A stretch of 45,991 bases of DNA. It comes from Clostridia bacterium (GTDB lineage Bacteria > Bacillota > Clostridia > UMGS1883 > UMGS1540). Positions 18,169 to 27,483 of this stretch are shown one piece after another. Within the stretch, counting starts at the first letter, position 1; the number at the start of each line of letters is the position of its first letter. A model generated the notes under the pieces. That model was not told the DNA's origin. It ran no database searches and was given only the letters and a program-made list of their open reading frames with translations. The translations under genes and the position numbers were made by a program. The stretch is from contig JAZSIR010000010.1 in the NCBI GenBank assembly GCA_045533905.1, positions 1 through 45,991 of the forward strand, read 5' to 3'.

Positions 18169-18229
18169 TTGCTTTTTCAAAAATAGTGCTGTATACTATG
18201 AGTATACCAGATTTGGGAAAGAAAAGCAA
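18169..18229. promoter_or_regulatory. Mirror-image overlapping sigma-A promoters (TTGCTT-17-TATACT on both strands)
   Basis: + strand: 18169-18174 / 18192-18197; - strand: 18229-18224 / 18206-18201 with extended TG. Confidence 0.6.
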
Positions 18230-18282
18230 GGCATATCTGTAAAAGAACACAGCAGATTACACAGGCGAAAGGAAGAAATTCT

Positions 18283-19068
18283 ATGCAAATAGGAATTATC
18301 GGCGCAGGCAATATGTCCTCCGCCATTATGCGCGGCCTTATCGGGAGCGGTATGGCCCCTTCTGCTATTTTTGTAAGTGACATTTCCGAAGAAAAGCGCG
18401 CTGCCGCCCGCGCCGAGGGTGTCCGCGTTGGCACAAATGAAGAGGCGGCTGCTTTCGGCGATGTTATCATTCTCGCCGTAAAACCGAATATTTTTGAAAA
18501 GGCGCTTCCGCCGATTGCCGCATCTGTGGCAGGAAAGCTTGTCATCTCCATTGCGGCAGGCAATACGATTTCGTATGTTTCCTCGCTTCTGCCCGCGGCG
18601 CGCGTGGTACGCCTTATGCCAAACACCCCGGCCCTTGTCGGCGAGGGGATGACGGCGATTTCCTTCGCACCGCCTGCCACCCGCCAGGATGCCGTTTTGG
18701 TGGAAAAGCTCTTCTCTGCCATCGGCAAGTGCATACACGTCCCCGAGTCTCTGATGGATGCAGTGGTTTCCGTAAGCGGCAGCGGCCCCGCCTATGCCTA
18801 TATGCTGATAGATGCGATGGCCCAGGGCGGCGTACGCGGCGGTCTTTCTGAAGCCGATGCGCGCATTTTAGCGGCGCAGACCGTGTTTGGTGCGGCCAAA
18901 ATGGTGCTCGAAACAAACATTGCCCCCTCCGTTCTTACGGATAACGTCTGCTCTCCCGGCGGCACGACGCTTGCCGCTGTGGAAGCCCTGAAACGCCGCG
19001 GTTTCCGCGAAGCAGTTTTAGAAGCTGAGGAAAAGTGTGCCGCACGAAGCGTGGAACTGAAAAAATAG
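18283..19068 (+). CDS. proC: Pyrroline-5-carboxylate reductase
   Basis: IGAGNM, LAVKP, RLMPNTP, SGSGPAY, VCSPGGTT. Confidence 0.95.
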   Translation: MQIGIIGAGNMSSAIMRGLIGSGMAPSAIFVSDISEEKRAAARAEGVRVGTNEEAAAFGDVIILAVKPNIFEKALPPIAASVAGKLVISIAAGNTISYVSSLLPAARVVRLMPNTPALVGEGMTAISFAPPATRQDAVLVEKLFSAIGKCIHVPESLMDAVVSVSGSGPAYAYMLIDAMAQGGVRGGLSEADARILAAQTVFGAAKMVLETNIAPSVLTDNVCSPGGTTLAAVEALKRRGFREAVLEAEEKCAARSVELKK

Positions 19069-19128
19069 AAAAACACTGCATACCTGTCCTTCTTCCCGCA
19101 TATTAGTAGAAGCAGAAGGAGGATGTAT

Positions 19129-19692
19129 ATGAAATTCCGAGACAGGCTCTTTTGCTTTTGTATGCCCTGCGCTGTTTTTGCCGGCCTTTTGCTCGGCGCT
19201 GCGTCCGCCTGCCGTGCGGAAACGGGAGCGCTCTTTGTGGCGGCGGCGGAAAGCTTTGCTTCTCCCGCACTCGCCTCGGAAAGTTTTTTGCATGCACTAT
19301 GGCAAAACGGTGGACTTGCCGTGCTTTTAATTCTCTTGGGGACTTCCCTTCTCGGCGGCCTTCCGATGGCTTTTCTTTTAGGCCTTCGCGCCTATGCCGC
19401 AGGCTTTGCCGTTTCCGCGCTCGTATCCGCCTACGGGGGACGCGGCTTTCTCGCGGCTGTGTGCGGCATTTTCCCGCACCATCTTTTCTACATTCCTTTT
19501 CTGTGTCTTCTGGCGATACACAGCGTGCGCTTTGCCGTGCGCCTTTCTGATAAGAAAAATTCTGCACCCGCACGCCTTTCCTCGTATCTTCTTTCTTCCC
19601 TTTTGCTGACGCTTCCCATCTTTTTGGGGTGTCTTGTGGAAGGCTATATTTCCGCGCCGCTCCTCCGGGCTGTTTTGGGCGCATATGTGTAA
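19129..19692 (+). CDS. spoIIM: Stage II sporulation protein M
   Basis: Multi-TM protein with GF....L...G..G, PHH.FYIP, EGYISAP; position upstream of xerD; candidate sporulation-sigma promoter GCATA-16-CATATTAG at 19078-19106. Confidence 0.75.
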   Translation: MKFRDRLFCFCMPCAVFAGLLLGAASACRAETGALFVAAAESFASPALASESFLHALWQNGGLAVLLILLGTSLLGGLPMAFLLGLRAYAAGFAVSALVSAYGGRGFLAAVCGIFPHHLFYIPFLCLLAIHSVRFAVRLSDKKNSAPARLSSYLLSSLLLTLPIFLGCLVEGYISAPLLRAVLGAYV

Positions 19693-19705
19693 AGGAGAGC
19701 TCCCT

Positions 19706-20569
19706 TTGAAGCAGTTTACCACATTTCTGAAAACAAAAAAGAAACTTTCGGAAGCTTCCATCGCGTCCTACGTGCGCGATGTGGGGCTTTTTTCTGCCTT
19801 TTTGCAAAAGGACCTTTCGCGGGCTACGGAAAAGGATGTTCGCAGTTTTGTTCTGCATATGCAAAGTGAAGGACGGGAGACGGCTACTATTTTGCGTTCT
19901 CTTTCCTCCCTGCACACGTATTTTTCTTTTCTCGTAACCAAGGGCCACTGCAAAGCTGACCCCACCCGAAATATCCGGCGCCCCGCCTACACCCGCAAGC
20001 TCCCCGTAATTTTAACCGAGGAGGAAGCGGTGCGGCTTTTAGAAGCGCCCAAAGGAGACACGCCGCTTGCGCTTCGCGACCGTGCACTCCTTGAACTTTT
20101 ATACGCGACCGGCATCACGGTTTCGGAGCTTCTCTCCCTGAACGTGGAAAATATCAACATCCGAAGTCGTACACTCCTGCTTCGTTCTCCCGCGCACACC
20201 CGCGTGGTCCCCTTTGGACGCCCGTGTGCGACGGCACTTTCCGCCTATATGAAAAACGCCCGCCCCCTTCTTTTCAAAGGGAGCGGTGCGGTTGCGCTTT
20301 TCGTAAGTTCGGGTGGCACCCGCATTACGCGGCAGGGTGTGTGGAAGCTGCTCAAAAAATATAAGGAAGCCGCGGCGATTGATAAGGATGTAACGCCGCA
20401 GATGCTCCGCCATTCCTTTGCAGCACATCTTCTCGAACACGGGGCCGATACAGCCTCCCTGCAGGAGCTTATGGGCTTTACCGATGCCGGTTCCCTTGCC
20501 ATCTATACGAAAATGCAGGAAAACAAAATTCTGGATGTGTACGGAAAAACACACCCCCGCGCAAACTAA
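19706..20569 (+). CDS. xerD: XerD-like tyrosine recombinase with degenerate active site
   Basis: SAM-like N-domain, RDRALLELLYATG, LRHSFA.HLL..GAD, HPRA end; TTG start after AAGGAG; several catalytic residues substituted. Confidence 0.8.
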   Translation: MKQFTTFLKTKKKLSEASIASYVRDVGLFSAFLQKDLSRATEKDVRSFVLHMQSEGRETATILRSLSSLHTYFSFLVTKGHCKADPTRNIRRPAYTRKLPVILTEEEAVRLLEAPKGDTPLALRDRALLELLYATGITVSELLSLNVENINIRSRTLLLRSPAHTRVVPFGRPCATALSAYMKNARPLLFKGSGAVALFVSSGGTRITRQGVWKLLKKYKEAAAIDKDVTPQMLRHSFAAHLLEHGADTASLQELMGFTDAGSLAIYTKMQENKILDVYGKTHPRAN

Positions 20570-20649
20570 AAACATATTTTGCAGCCTTTCTGCATAGGAT
20601 TCTACCAAAAACGGCAGATATTTCTGTCGGAGATGGAGGTCCGCTTTCC

Positions 20650-21789
20650 TTGAAAAAATATTTTTGTATTTTTCTGATTCTGCTTTTTTGCCCCGTGCTC
20701 CCTGCCAAAGCCGAGGTGCCTATGCTTTCCGTACAAGCGAAAGCCGCACTTCTGATGGAGGCGGAAACGGGGCGAATTTTGTTTGAAGAGAATATCCACG
20801 AAGCCTTCCCGCCTGCTTCCGTGACCAAAATTATGACGATGCTGCTTACGATGGAAGCCATCGAAAAAGGGCAGATTACCTTTGACACGATGGTGACGGC
20901 AAGCGAAAATGCAAAGCGGATGGGCGGCTCTACGATTTTCCTCGACACAGGCGAGAAGATGCGCGTATATGACCTTCTGAAGGGCATCGCAGTTGCTTCC
21001 GGAAATGATGCATGCGTGGCGATTGCGGAGCATCTTGCAGGGAGCGAGGCGGAATTTGTGCGCCGGATGAACGAGCGTGCCCGCGAGCTGGGTATGGAAA
21101 ATACGAACTTTGTAAACTGCAACGGGCTCGATACCGAGGGGCACGCGATGAGTGCCTACGATATTGCGCTGATGAGCCGCGCTCTTATCCGGCACGAGAA
21201 AATTTTTGAATTTACGACCATCTGGACAGACAGTCTCCGCGACGGATCTTTTGACCTTGCCAACACGAATAAGCTGATTCGGTTTTATGACGGCGCGAAC
21301 GGTCTGAAAACGGGGTCTACGGACGATGCTCTCTACTGCCTCTCCGCCACCGCAAAGCGCGGGGATATGCAGCTTATTGCCGTCATTATGGGCGCCCCCT
21401 CCTCTACGGAGCGCTTCGCGGGGGCGCGCACACTTCTCGACTACGGCTTTGCCGGCTTTGAAATTGCGAAAGGGCCGGATACCGGAACGCCCGTATATAC
21501 GGCAGAGGTTTCGCTCGGTGCTGAAAGCACGGTGCCCCTTTGCCTTGCCACTCCCTTTTCTGCTCTTTTGGAAAAAGGAAAAAGCGGAGAGGTAGAAACG
21601 CGGTTTGAAGTACCCGAACCGCTGACAGCGCCGCTTTCCGCGGGCGATGCGGCCGGCCGCGCACTCTTTTATCTTGGCGACGAATGCCTCGGGGAGGTGC
21701 CGCTTACCGTTTCGGTCGATATGCCGAAAAAGACGCTCGGGCAAATTCTGACGATGCTTCTCTCCCGGTGGTGCGGCTCGAAAATGTGA
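20650..21789 (+). CDS. dacF: D-alanyl-D-alanine carboxypeptidase (DacF-like)
   Basis: Signal peptide, PASVTK, SGNDA, GLKTG; candidate sigma-F-like promoter GCATA-16-GGCAGATATT at 20592-20622. Confidence 0.85.
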   Translation: MKKYFCIFLILLFCPVLPAKAEVPMLSVQAKAALLMEAETGRILFEENIHEAFPPASVTKIMTMLLTMEAIEKGQITFDTMVTASENAKRMGGSTIFLDTGEKMRVYDLLKGIAVASGNDACVAIAEHLAGSEAEFVRRMNERARELGMENTNFVNCNGLDTEGHAMSAYDIALMSRALIRHEKIFEFTTIWTDSLRDGSFDLANTNKLIRFYDGANGLKTGSTDDALYCLSATAKRGDMQLIAVIMGAPSSTERFAGARTLLDYGFAGFEIAKGPDTGTPVYTAEVSLGAESTVPLCLATPFSALLEKGKSGEVETRFEVPEPLTAPLSAGDAAGRALFYLGDECLGEVPLTVSVDMPKKTLGQILTMLLSRWCGSKM

Positions 21790-21805
21790 ATTTATAAAAA
21801 TGCAC

Positions 21806-21834
21806 TTGTACTTTCCGGCCATTTCTGCTATACT
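21806..21834 (+). promoter_or_regulatory. Sigma-A promoter for DUF1385-prmC
   Basis: TTGTAC-17-TATACT with extended TG. Confidence 0.55.
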
Positions 21835-21875
21835 GAAAACAGAGAAAGTTTATAGTCCACAAAGGAGTTTACTAT

Positions 21876-22796
21876 ATGGGAAACGAGACACATAAAACAA
21901 GTATCGGGGGGCAGGCACTGATTGAAGGCGTTATGATGCGCGGGCCGCGCACAACCGCCATGGCCGTCCGCAATCCCGAGGGTGAAATTATCATCGAAAA
22001 ATGGCCCACGCCCGGCACGGAGCGCGCAAAATTCTTTAAGCTTCCCTTCATCCGCGGCATTTTCAATATGGCCGATTCCCTGCGCTTTGGCTACAAGTGC
22101 CTGATGCGCTCGGCCGAGATTGCGGGGCTTGAGGAGGAAGAAAAAAAGGACGAAAAGAAGGAAGCCTTCCTTATGAGTCTTCTGATGGTTGTGAGTACCG
22201 TTTTGGCCGTGCTTTTATCCGTGGGACTTTTTCTGTATCTGCCTGCGTTTTTATTCCGTCTCCTTGCAGATGCCGTACCTGTATTTGACAATAGCGTTTT
22301 CCGCGCCGTTTTTGAAGGCGTGTTCCGCATCATTCTGTTTGTGGGCTATATGGCCGCAATGCTCCTTATGAAGGACATCCGCCGCACCTTTATGTACCAC
22401 GGTGCCGAGCATAAAACGATTTACTGCTATGAAGAAGGCCTTCCGCTGACGGTGGAAAATGTACGGAAAATGCGCCGTTTTCATCCGCGTTGCGGCACTT
22501 CGTTTATGATTTTGGTACTGCTTGTCGGTATTATCATTTCTATGTTCATCCGCGTGGACGCCCCGCTTCTTCGTACGCTTATTAAGCTTTTGACGCTTCC
22601 GATTGTGGTGGGCGTAGGGTATGAGCTTATCAAATTTGCCGGCAGACACGACAATATGGTAACGCGTATCATCTCCGCGCCCGGCGTATGGCTTCAGCAT
22701 CTGACCACCATCGAGCCGGATGACGGGCAGATCGAATGTGCCATTGCCGCAATGGAAGAAACGCTTACGGGTAACCGGGAGGATGACGCATGGTAA
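21876..22796 (+). CDS. DUF1385 (YqhQ-like) membrane protein
   Basis: IGGQALIEGVMM, FMYHGAEHK, HPRCGTSF, LQHLTT.EP. Confidence 0.88.
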   Translation: MGNETHKTSIGGQALIEGVMMRGPRTTAMAVRNPEGEIIIEKWPTPGTERAKFFKLPFIRGIFNMADSLRFGYKCLMRSAEIAGLEEEEKKDEKKEAFLMSLLMVVSTVLAVLLSVGLFLYLPAFLFRLLADAVPVFDNSVFRAVFEGVFRIILFVGYMAAMLLMKDIRRTFMYHGAEHKTIYCYEEGLPLTVENVRKMRRFHPRCGTSFMILVLLVGIIISMFIRVDAPLLRTLIKLLTLPIVVGVGYELIKFAGRHDNMVTRIISAPGVWLQHLTTIEPDDGQIECAIAAMEETLTGNREDDAW

Positions 22797-23602
22797 TCCG
22801 CTCTCTTCTCGCTTCTGTCCCTATTCCGCGCCTCGATGCCGAAATTCTCCTCGCGCACGTTTTAGGCATCCCGCGCGAAAAGCTTCTCTTTATGTATAAT
22901 ACGCCCGTCGCACCTTCCTGTGCGGCGGCATTTTCTATGCTTTCCGAAAAGCGGCTCGCCGGCTGCCCTGTTGCATATCTCTGCGGCGAAAAGGAGTTTT
23001 ATTCCCTTCCCTTTTATGTAAACGAGCACACGCTCATCCCGCGGCCCGATACGGAAACGCTTGTGGAGTGGGCCATTCCGTATGCCAAGGAGGCACGTGT
23101 TCTTGACATTTGCACCGGCAGCGGCTGCATCGGGATTACCGTGGCAAAAGAAGGCGGCGCAGAAAGCCTTACGCTTCTCGATATTTCGGAAAAGGCGCTC
23201 GCCGTGGCCGAAAAGAATGCGGCGCGGCACGGCGTGGCGGCAACGCTACTTCTGTGTGATATTTTAAAGGACTCCATCGAAGGGGAATTTGACCTTATTT
23301 TGTCGAATCCCCCGTATATTGAAACGGATGTCATCCCCGCGCTTTCGGGCGATGTGCGCGACTTTGAGCCGCATCTTGCGCTTGACGGCGGCGATGACGG
23401 GCTTCTTTTCTACCCTGTGATTATCGAAAAAGCAGCCGCACTTCTCCCTCCCGGCGGCCGGCTCGGCCTTGAAATCGGCTACTCGCAGGGCGAAGCCGTT
23501 TCCAAAATGCTCGCTTCCCGCTTCGAAGAGGTTGCCGTTCTTCCGGACCTTGCGGGGCATGCGCGCGCTGTGGTAGGGCGGAAAAAGGATCTGAAAATTT
23601 GA
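22790..23602 (+). CDS. prmC: Release factor glutamine methyltransferase
   Basis: LIPRPDTE, LDICTGSG, SNPPY, EP..ALDGG, LEIG..Q. Confidence 0.93.
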   Translation: MVIRSLLASVPIPRLDAEILLAHVLGIPREKLLFMYNTPVAPSCAAAFSMLSEKRLAGCPVAYLCGEKEFYSLPFYVNEHTLIPRPDTETLVEWAIPYAKEARVLDICTGSGCIGITVAKEGGAESLTLLDISEKALAVAEKNAARHGVAATLLLCDILKDSIEGEFDLILSNPPYIETDVIPALSGDVRDFEPHLALDGGDDGLLFYPVIIEKAAALLPPGGRLGLEIGYSQGEAVSKMLASRFEEVAVLPDLAGHARAVVGRKKDLKI

Positions 23603-23627
23603 CAAAGGGGAAAAGATATGATATACT
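23599..23627 (+). promoter_or_regulatory. Sigma-A promoter for OLE RNA (TTGACA-17-TGnTATACT)
   Basis: TTGACA 23599-23604 (contains the prmC TGA stop), TG 23619-23620, TATACT 23622-23627; predicted TSS ~23634. Confidence 0.75.
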
Positions 23628-23636
23628 GCACAGTAA

Positions 23637-24233
23637 GGTGGTGCAGTATCCTAGTCAGGATGCCGATTCCCAGGACGGGCCTAAAAATCCGTAGAAGGGC
23701 ATATCGATGAAGTTCCTGGTGTTGGCTTTCGATGCCAGTCGGGGGTCGATGCTGGGGGTTAAGGTTTAGGGGCGAGTCGCAATGGCATGCGATGTGGACC
23801 CCTTTTCCGTGGAGACCTACGTGCGTGCTTTCCGCCCGCTCGCCTTTGGCGACGGAACGAAGTACGGCGTGGGAGTAAACCTGCCATGCGGTGCCAGGCG
23901 GCGCTGTGGGCAGAGTAGCCTGCCTTGCGTGGATATGAAGGATAACGGTTCAGGCTCCGCTTTTGTCGGCCAACAAAACGGAGACATTGCTGTTTGAAAT
24001 CCTATCTGCAAAAAAGGCTAAGAATCGGTTTGACTGTTGAGGAAATCTCCTAGGCTGTTCGAGGTAGAGGGATACGGAGGATTGCAGTGCGGACTAAGTG
24101 GCAATCCGCTTTGCATCCCAAAAGATGCAGCTTCTGTTTAATCGGAAACGGCCCGGAGCGGCGACGCGCGGGCACGGAAGTGGGAAATCCAACGCGGACC
24201 TATGCCGCAAAATTTACTCCGTATTCTGCCACC
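23637..24233 (+). ncRNA. ole: OLE RNA (ornate, large, extremophilic RNA), ~600 nt
   Basis: Ordered blocks recalled from the OLE consensus: GGTGCAGTAT.CTAGTCAGG, GGGCCTAAAAATCC, ATCGATGAAGTTCCTGGTG, GCAATGGCATGCGA, GTAAACCTGC, GTAGCCTGCCTTG, GGCTAAGAA, ACTGTTGAGGAAA.CTCCTAG, GAGGATTGCAGTGCGGACT.AGTGGCAAT, ACCTATGCCG; 5' GGTGG pairs with 3' CCACC; directly upstream of oapA-dxs-tlyA. Confidence 0.9.
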
Positions 24234-24259
24234 CAATTTTTTTATAAGGATGACTTTTT

Positions 24260-24859
24260 GTGAAAGACGATATTCCGAAACAAAAACGCAAAAAAATAAA
24301 AGTAAAGAGCAATCATACGTTGAATCGGAAGGTGAGCGTGGGCTGGGTTCTCACGACGGTGCTTCTGACCTTTTTTCTTTCTGTGGCAATTACCGTGTTC
24401 ACATCTTCCCTCCTCGGGGATGTGGCGCTTTCGATTGCCGTTTTCATTTTATTGTCCATTGTCCTTTTAGGTATACTTTTTGATATTCTGGGAATTGCGG
24501 TCGCTACTGCGGCCGAGGCGCCGTTTCACGCGATGGCCTCAAACCGCGTCAAGGGTGCCGTGGATGCGATCCGTCTTATCCGAAACGCCGAGAAAGTTTC
24601 GAATTTCTGTAACGACGTTGTCGGCGATATCTGCGGTATCGTGAGCGGTGCTACGGGCACGTTCATTGCCACCGCGCTCATCACGGACTTTTCCCTTCCC
24701 TCGTTCTTTACTACGCTTGTGGTAACGGGCACAGTCTCCGCCATCACGGTGGGTGGCAAGGCGCTCGGTAAAACGCTCGCCATCAACCAGTGCAATCAGA
24801 TTGTATTTGCCATCGGCAAACTCATTTCTATATTTCACATAAAGAAAAGCAGGAAATAG
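24260..24859 (+). CDS. oapA: OLE-associated membrane protein A (DUF21/CNNM-like)
   Basis: FDILGIAV.TA.EAPFHAMAS, NFCNDVVGDICGIVSG (DxxxD and GxxxG), TVGGKALGK; immediately downstream of OLE RNA. Confidence 0.85.
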   Translation: MKDDIPKQKRKKIKVKSNHTLNRKVSVGWVLTTVLLTFFLSVAITVFTSSLLGDVALSIAVFILLSIVLLGILFDILGIAVATAAEAPFHAMASNRVKGAVDAIRLIRNAEKVSNFCNDVVGDICGIVSGATGTFIATALITDFSLPSFFTTLVVTGTVSAITVGGKALGKTLAINQCNQIVFAIGKLISIFHIKKSRK

Positions 24860-24860
24860 T

Positions 24861-26687
24861 ATGTACAAACTTCTGGAAACGGTGAACACACCCGCGGATC
24901 TTCTCGGCCTTTCCTACGAAGAGCTCGATGTGCTCAGCCGCGAACTCCGCGCTTTCCTAATTGAAAACATCCCGAAAACGGGCGGGCATTTTGCCTCGAA
25001 CCTCGGTGTTGTGGAGCTGACGCTCGCTCTGCACCGCTCTTTTTCCGTGCCGAAAGATAAGCTCATATGGGATGTGGGGCACCAAAGCTATGTGCACAAA
25101 ATTCTGACCGGCAGAAGAGAGGCATTTTCCACGCTTCGGCAGTTTGGCGGTCTTTCCGGCTTCCCGAAAACAGAGGAAAGCCCCTATGATGCTTTCAATA
25201 CCGGCCACTCCTCCACCTCCGTTTCTGCCGCACTCGGCCTTGCCTGCGCCAGAGATTTACAGGGGGGCGAAGGCGAAACGATTGCCGTTATCGGCGATGC
25301 CGCCTTCGGCAGCGGTCTTTCGATGGAAGCGCTCAACCATATCGCACATTGCCACCACAAGGTGATTGTGGTTCTCAATGACAATCAGATGTCTATCGGC
25401 AATGTTGTGGGCGGCTTTTCGGAATATCTGAACAAAATCCGCACCCGTTCTTCATACTATACGATAAAGCGTGAAACGAGTGACGTTCTGCACCGCATTC
25501 CCCTCTTGGGGAAGCCCTCCGTAAAAGCACTTCAGAAAATAAAAACATTCCTCAAATACTGCATAACGCCCGGCGTTGTTTTTGAAAAACTCGGCTGTAA
25601 GTATCTCGGCCCGTGTGACGGGCACAACATCCGCCAGCTTTGCGATACATTTGAGGAAGCTAAGAAAATTTCAGGGTCCGTAATTATACACGTTCTGACC
25701 AAAAAAGGAAAAGGGTACGCACCCGCTGAAGAAAACCCCGCAGCATACCACGCCGTTTCCCCGAAGAAATCGGCCGGAGAAAGCTGCAGTGTCCGTTTCG
25801 GGAAAACGCTTCTTTCCCTTGCGGCAGAAAACGAAAAAATTGTGGCGATTTCGCCTTCGATGCCCGAAGCCTCGGGGCTTCCCCCCTTTGTGGAAAAGTT
25901 CCCCGTCCGCTTTTTTGACACAGGCATTGCCGAGGCGCACGCCGCCACGCTCGCCGCAGGGCTTGCCAGGGGCGGGATGGTGCCCGTGCTTTCCATTTAT
26001 TCTTCCTTTCTCCAAAGAGCGTACGACTCGGTTGTGCACGACATTGCCCTTTCGAATCTGCACGTGGTGCTTTCGATAGACCGCGCAGGTGTTGTAGGCA
26101 ATGACGGGGAAACCCATCAGGGGCTTTTTGACCTCTCGTTCCTCTCGCACATTCCGAATATGGCAATTGTAGCGCCGGCAGATCTCGATTCCCTCTCGGA
26201 AATGCTCCGATATGCTACAATGGAGCACCGGGGCCCGATTGCCGTTCGTTTCCCGCGCGGCACGCTTCCCCCGCTCGCGCTTCCCCCATTTGTGTTTGGG
26301 AAAGCCGCCACGCTCCGCGAGGGCAAAGATATCACGATTGCGGCGCTTGGCCGTATGGTACATATTGCGTTTGCCGCTTCGGATCTTCTTATGGAAAAAG
26401 GCATATCGGCGGAGGTTATCGATATCCGCACCGCAAAGCCGCTTGATCTCGCTTCTCTTCGTGCCTCGCTTCTCAAAACGGGTACGCTTCTTACAGTGGA
26501 GGATAACACGGCGCCCGGCGGTATCGGTGAGAAAATTGCAGCCGCACTTTCAGGCGAAGGGCGCGTTGTGCCATGTGCATTCCCCGATGCATTTATCCGC
26601 CACGGCGATGTGCGGGAGCTTCTGGCGCTTTACGAGCTGGATACCGAAGGCATCGCAAAACGGGCAGAAAGGACTTTGAAGGCATGA
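24861..26687 (+). CDS. dxs: 1-deoxy-D-xylulose-5-phosphate synthase
   Basis: GGHFASNLG, WDVGHQSY.HK, GHSSTS, LNDN, GIAE.HA, FLQRAYD, DRAG..G.DG.THQG. Confidence 0.95.
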   Translation: MYKLLETVNTPADLLGLSYEELDVLSRELRAFLIENIPKTGGHFASNLGVVELTLALHRSFSVPKDKLIWDVGHQSYVHKILTGRREAFSTLRQFGGLSGFPKTEESPYDAFNTGHSSTSVSAALGLACARDLQGGEGETIAVIGDAAFGSGLSMEALNHIAHCHHKVIVVLNDNQMSIGNVVGGFSEYLNKIRTRSSYYTIKRETSDVLHRIPLLGKPSVKALQKIKTFLKYCITPGVVFEKLGCKYLGPCDGHNIRQLCDTFEEAKKISGSVIIHVLTKKGKGYAPAEENPAAYHAVSPKKSAGESCSVRFGKTLLSLAAENEKIVAISPSMPEASGLPPFVEKFPVRFFDTGIAEAHAATLAAGLARGGMVPVLSIYSSFLQRAYDSVVHDIALSNLHVVLSIDRAGVVGNDGETHQGLFDLSFLSHIPNMAIVAPADLDSLSEMLRYATMEHRGPIAVRFPRGTLPPLALPPFVFGKAATLREGKDITIAALGRMVHIAFAASDLLMEKGISAEVIDIRTAKPLDLASLRASLLKTGTLLTVEDNTAPGGIGEKIAAALSGEGRVVPCAFPDAFIRHGDVRELLALYELDTEGIAKRAERTLKA

Positions 26688-27478
26688 AAACGCGTCTTGA
26701 CATCTATCTCTGCGAAAAAGGACTCGTTCCCACCCGCGAAAAGGCAAAAGCCGTGATTATGGCGGGTGAAGTATATGTAAATGACCAAAAAGCGGACAAA
26801 GCGGGACAAACCGTTTCTGAAGAGGATACGGTAGAGGTCCGCGCCGATTCCCTTCGGTATGTAAGCCGCGGCGGGCTCAAACTCGAAAAGGCTATGGCCG
26901 TTTTTCCCATTTCTCTGGAAGGTGCCGTCTGTATGGATATCGGCGCTTCCACGGGCGGTTTTACGGACTGTATGCTTCAAAACGGCGCCCGGAAGGTGTA
27001 CGCTATCGACGTCGGATACGGCCAGCTGGCCTGGTCCCTTCGCACGGATGACCGCGTTGTAAATCTTGAGCGCACAAACATCCGCTATGTCACGGAAAAC
27101 GAAGTGCCCGATACGATTGATTTTGCAAGCGTGGATGTTTCCTTCATTTCGCTTCGCCTTGTGCTTCCCGTGGCGTTCTCCCGCCTGCGCGACGGCGGCG
27201 AGATGGTTTGCCTTGTAAAGCCGCAGTTTGAAGCCGGCCGTGAAAAGGTTGGAAAAGGCGGCGTGGTACGGGATCCCGAGACGCACCGCGAAGTGATTGC
27301 CGCCGTAATTTCCTACGCGGAAGAGGCGGGCTTTTCCGTACAGAATCTCTCCTTCTCGCCCGTAAAAGGGCCGAAGGGAAATATTGAATACCTGCTGCAT
27401 ATTACCAAAACCGATGCCGAAAGTGCACCGGTGGATATCCCGAAAACGGTGGAAGCGGCACATCTGGAAGCAAAGTAA
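26684..27478 (+). CDS. tlyA: TlyA-family rRNA methyltransferase
   Basis: RLD S4 domain, YVSRGGLKL, DIGASTGGFTD, DVSFISL, KPQFEAG, GNIEY; ATGA overlap with dxs. Confidence 0.93.
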   Translation: MKTRLDIYLCEKGLVPTREKAKAVIMAGEVYVNDQKADKAGQTVSEEDTVEVRADSLRYVSRGGLKLEKAMAVFPISLEGAVCMDIGASTGGFTDCMLQNGARKVYAIDVGYGQLAWSLRTDDRVVNLERTNIRYVTENEVPDTIDFASVDVSFISLRLVLPVAFSRLRDGGEMVCLVKPQFEAGREKVGKGGVVRDPETHREVIAAVISYAEEAGFSVQNLSFSPVKGPKGNIEYLLHITKTDAESAPVDIPKTVEAAHLEAK

Positions 27479-27483
27479 AATAG

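Noticed and set aside
18230-18282. T-box leader for proC
   Set aside because: Too short; no AGGTGGTACCGCG-like T-box or terminator.
23782-24011. Short ORFs (71 aa +, 64 aa -) in the prmC-oapA gap
   Set aside because: No RBS or recognisable motifs; they fall inside the OLE RNA.
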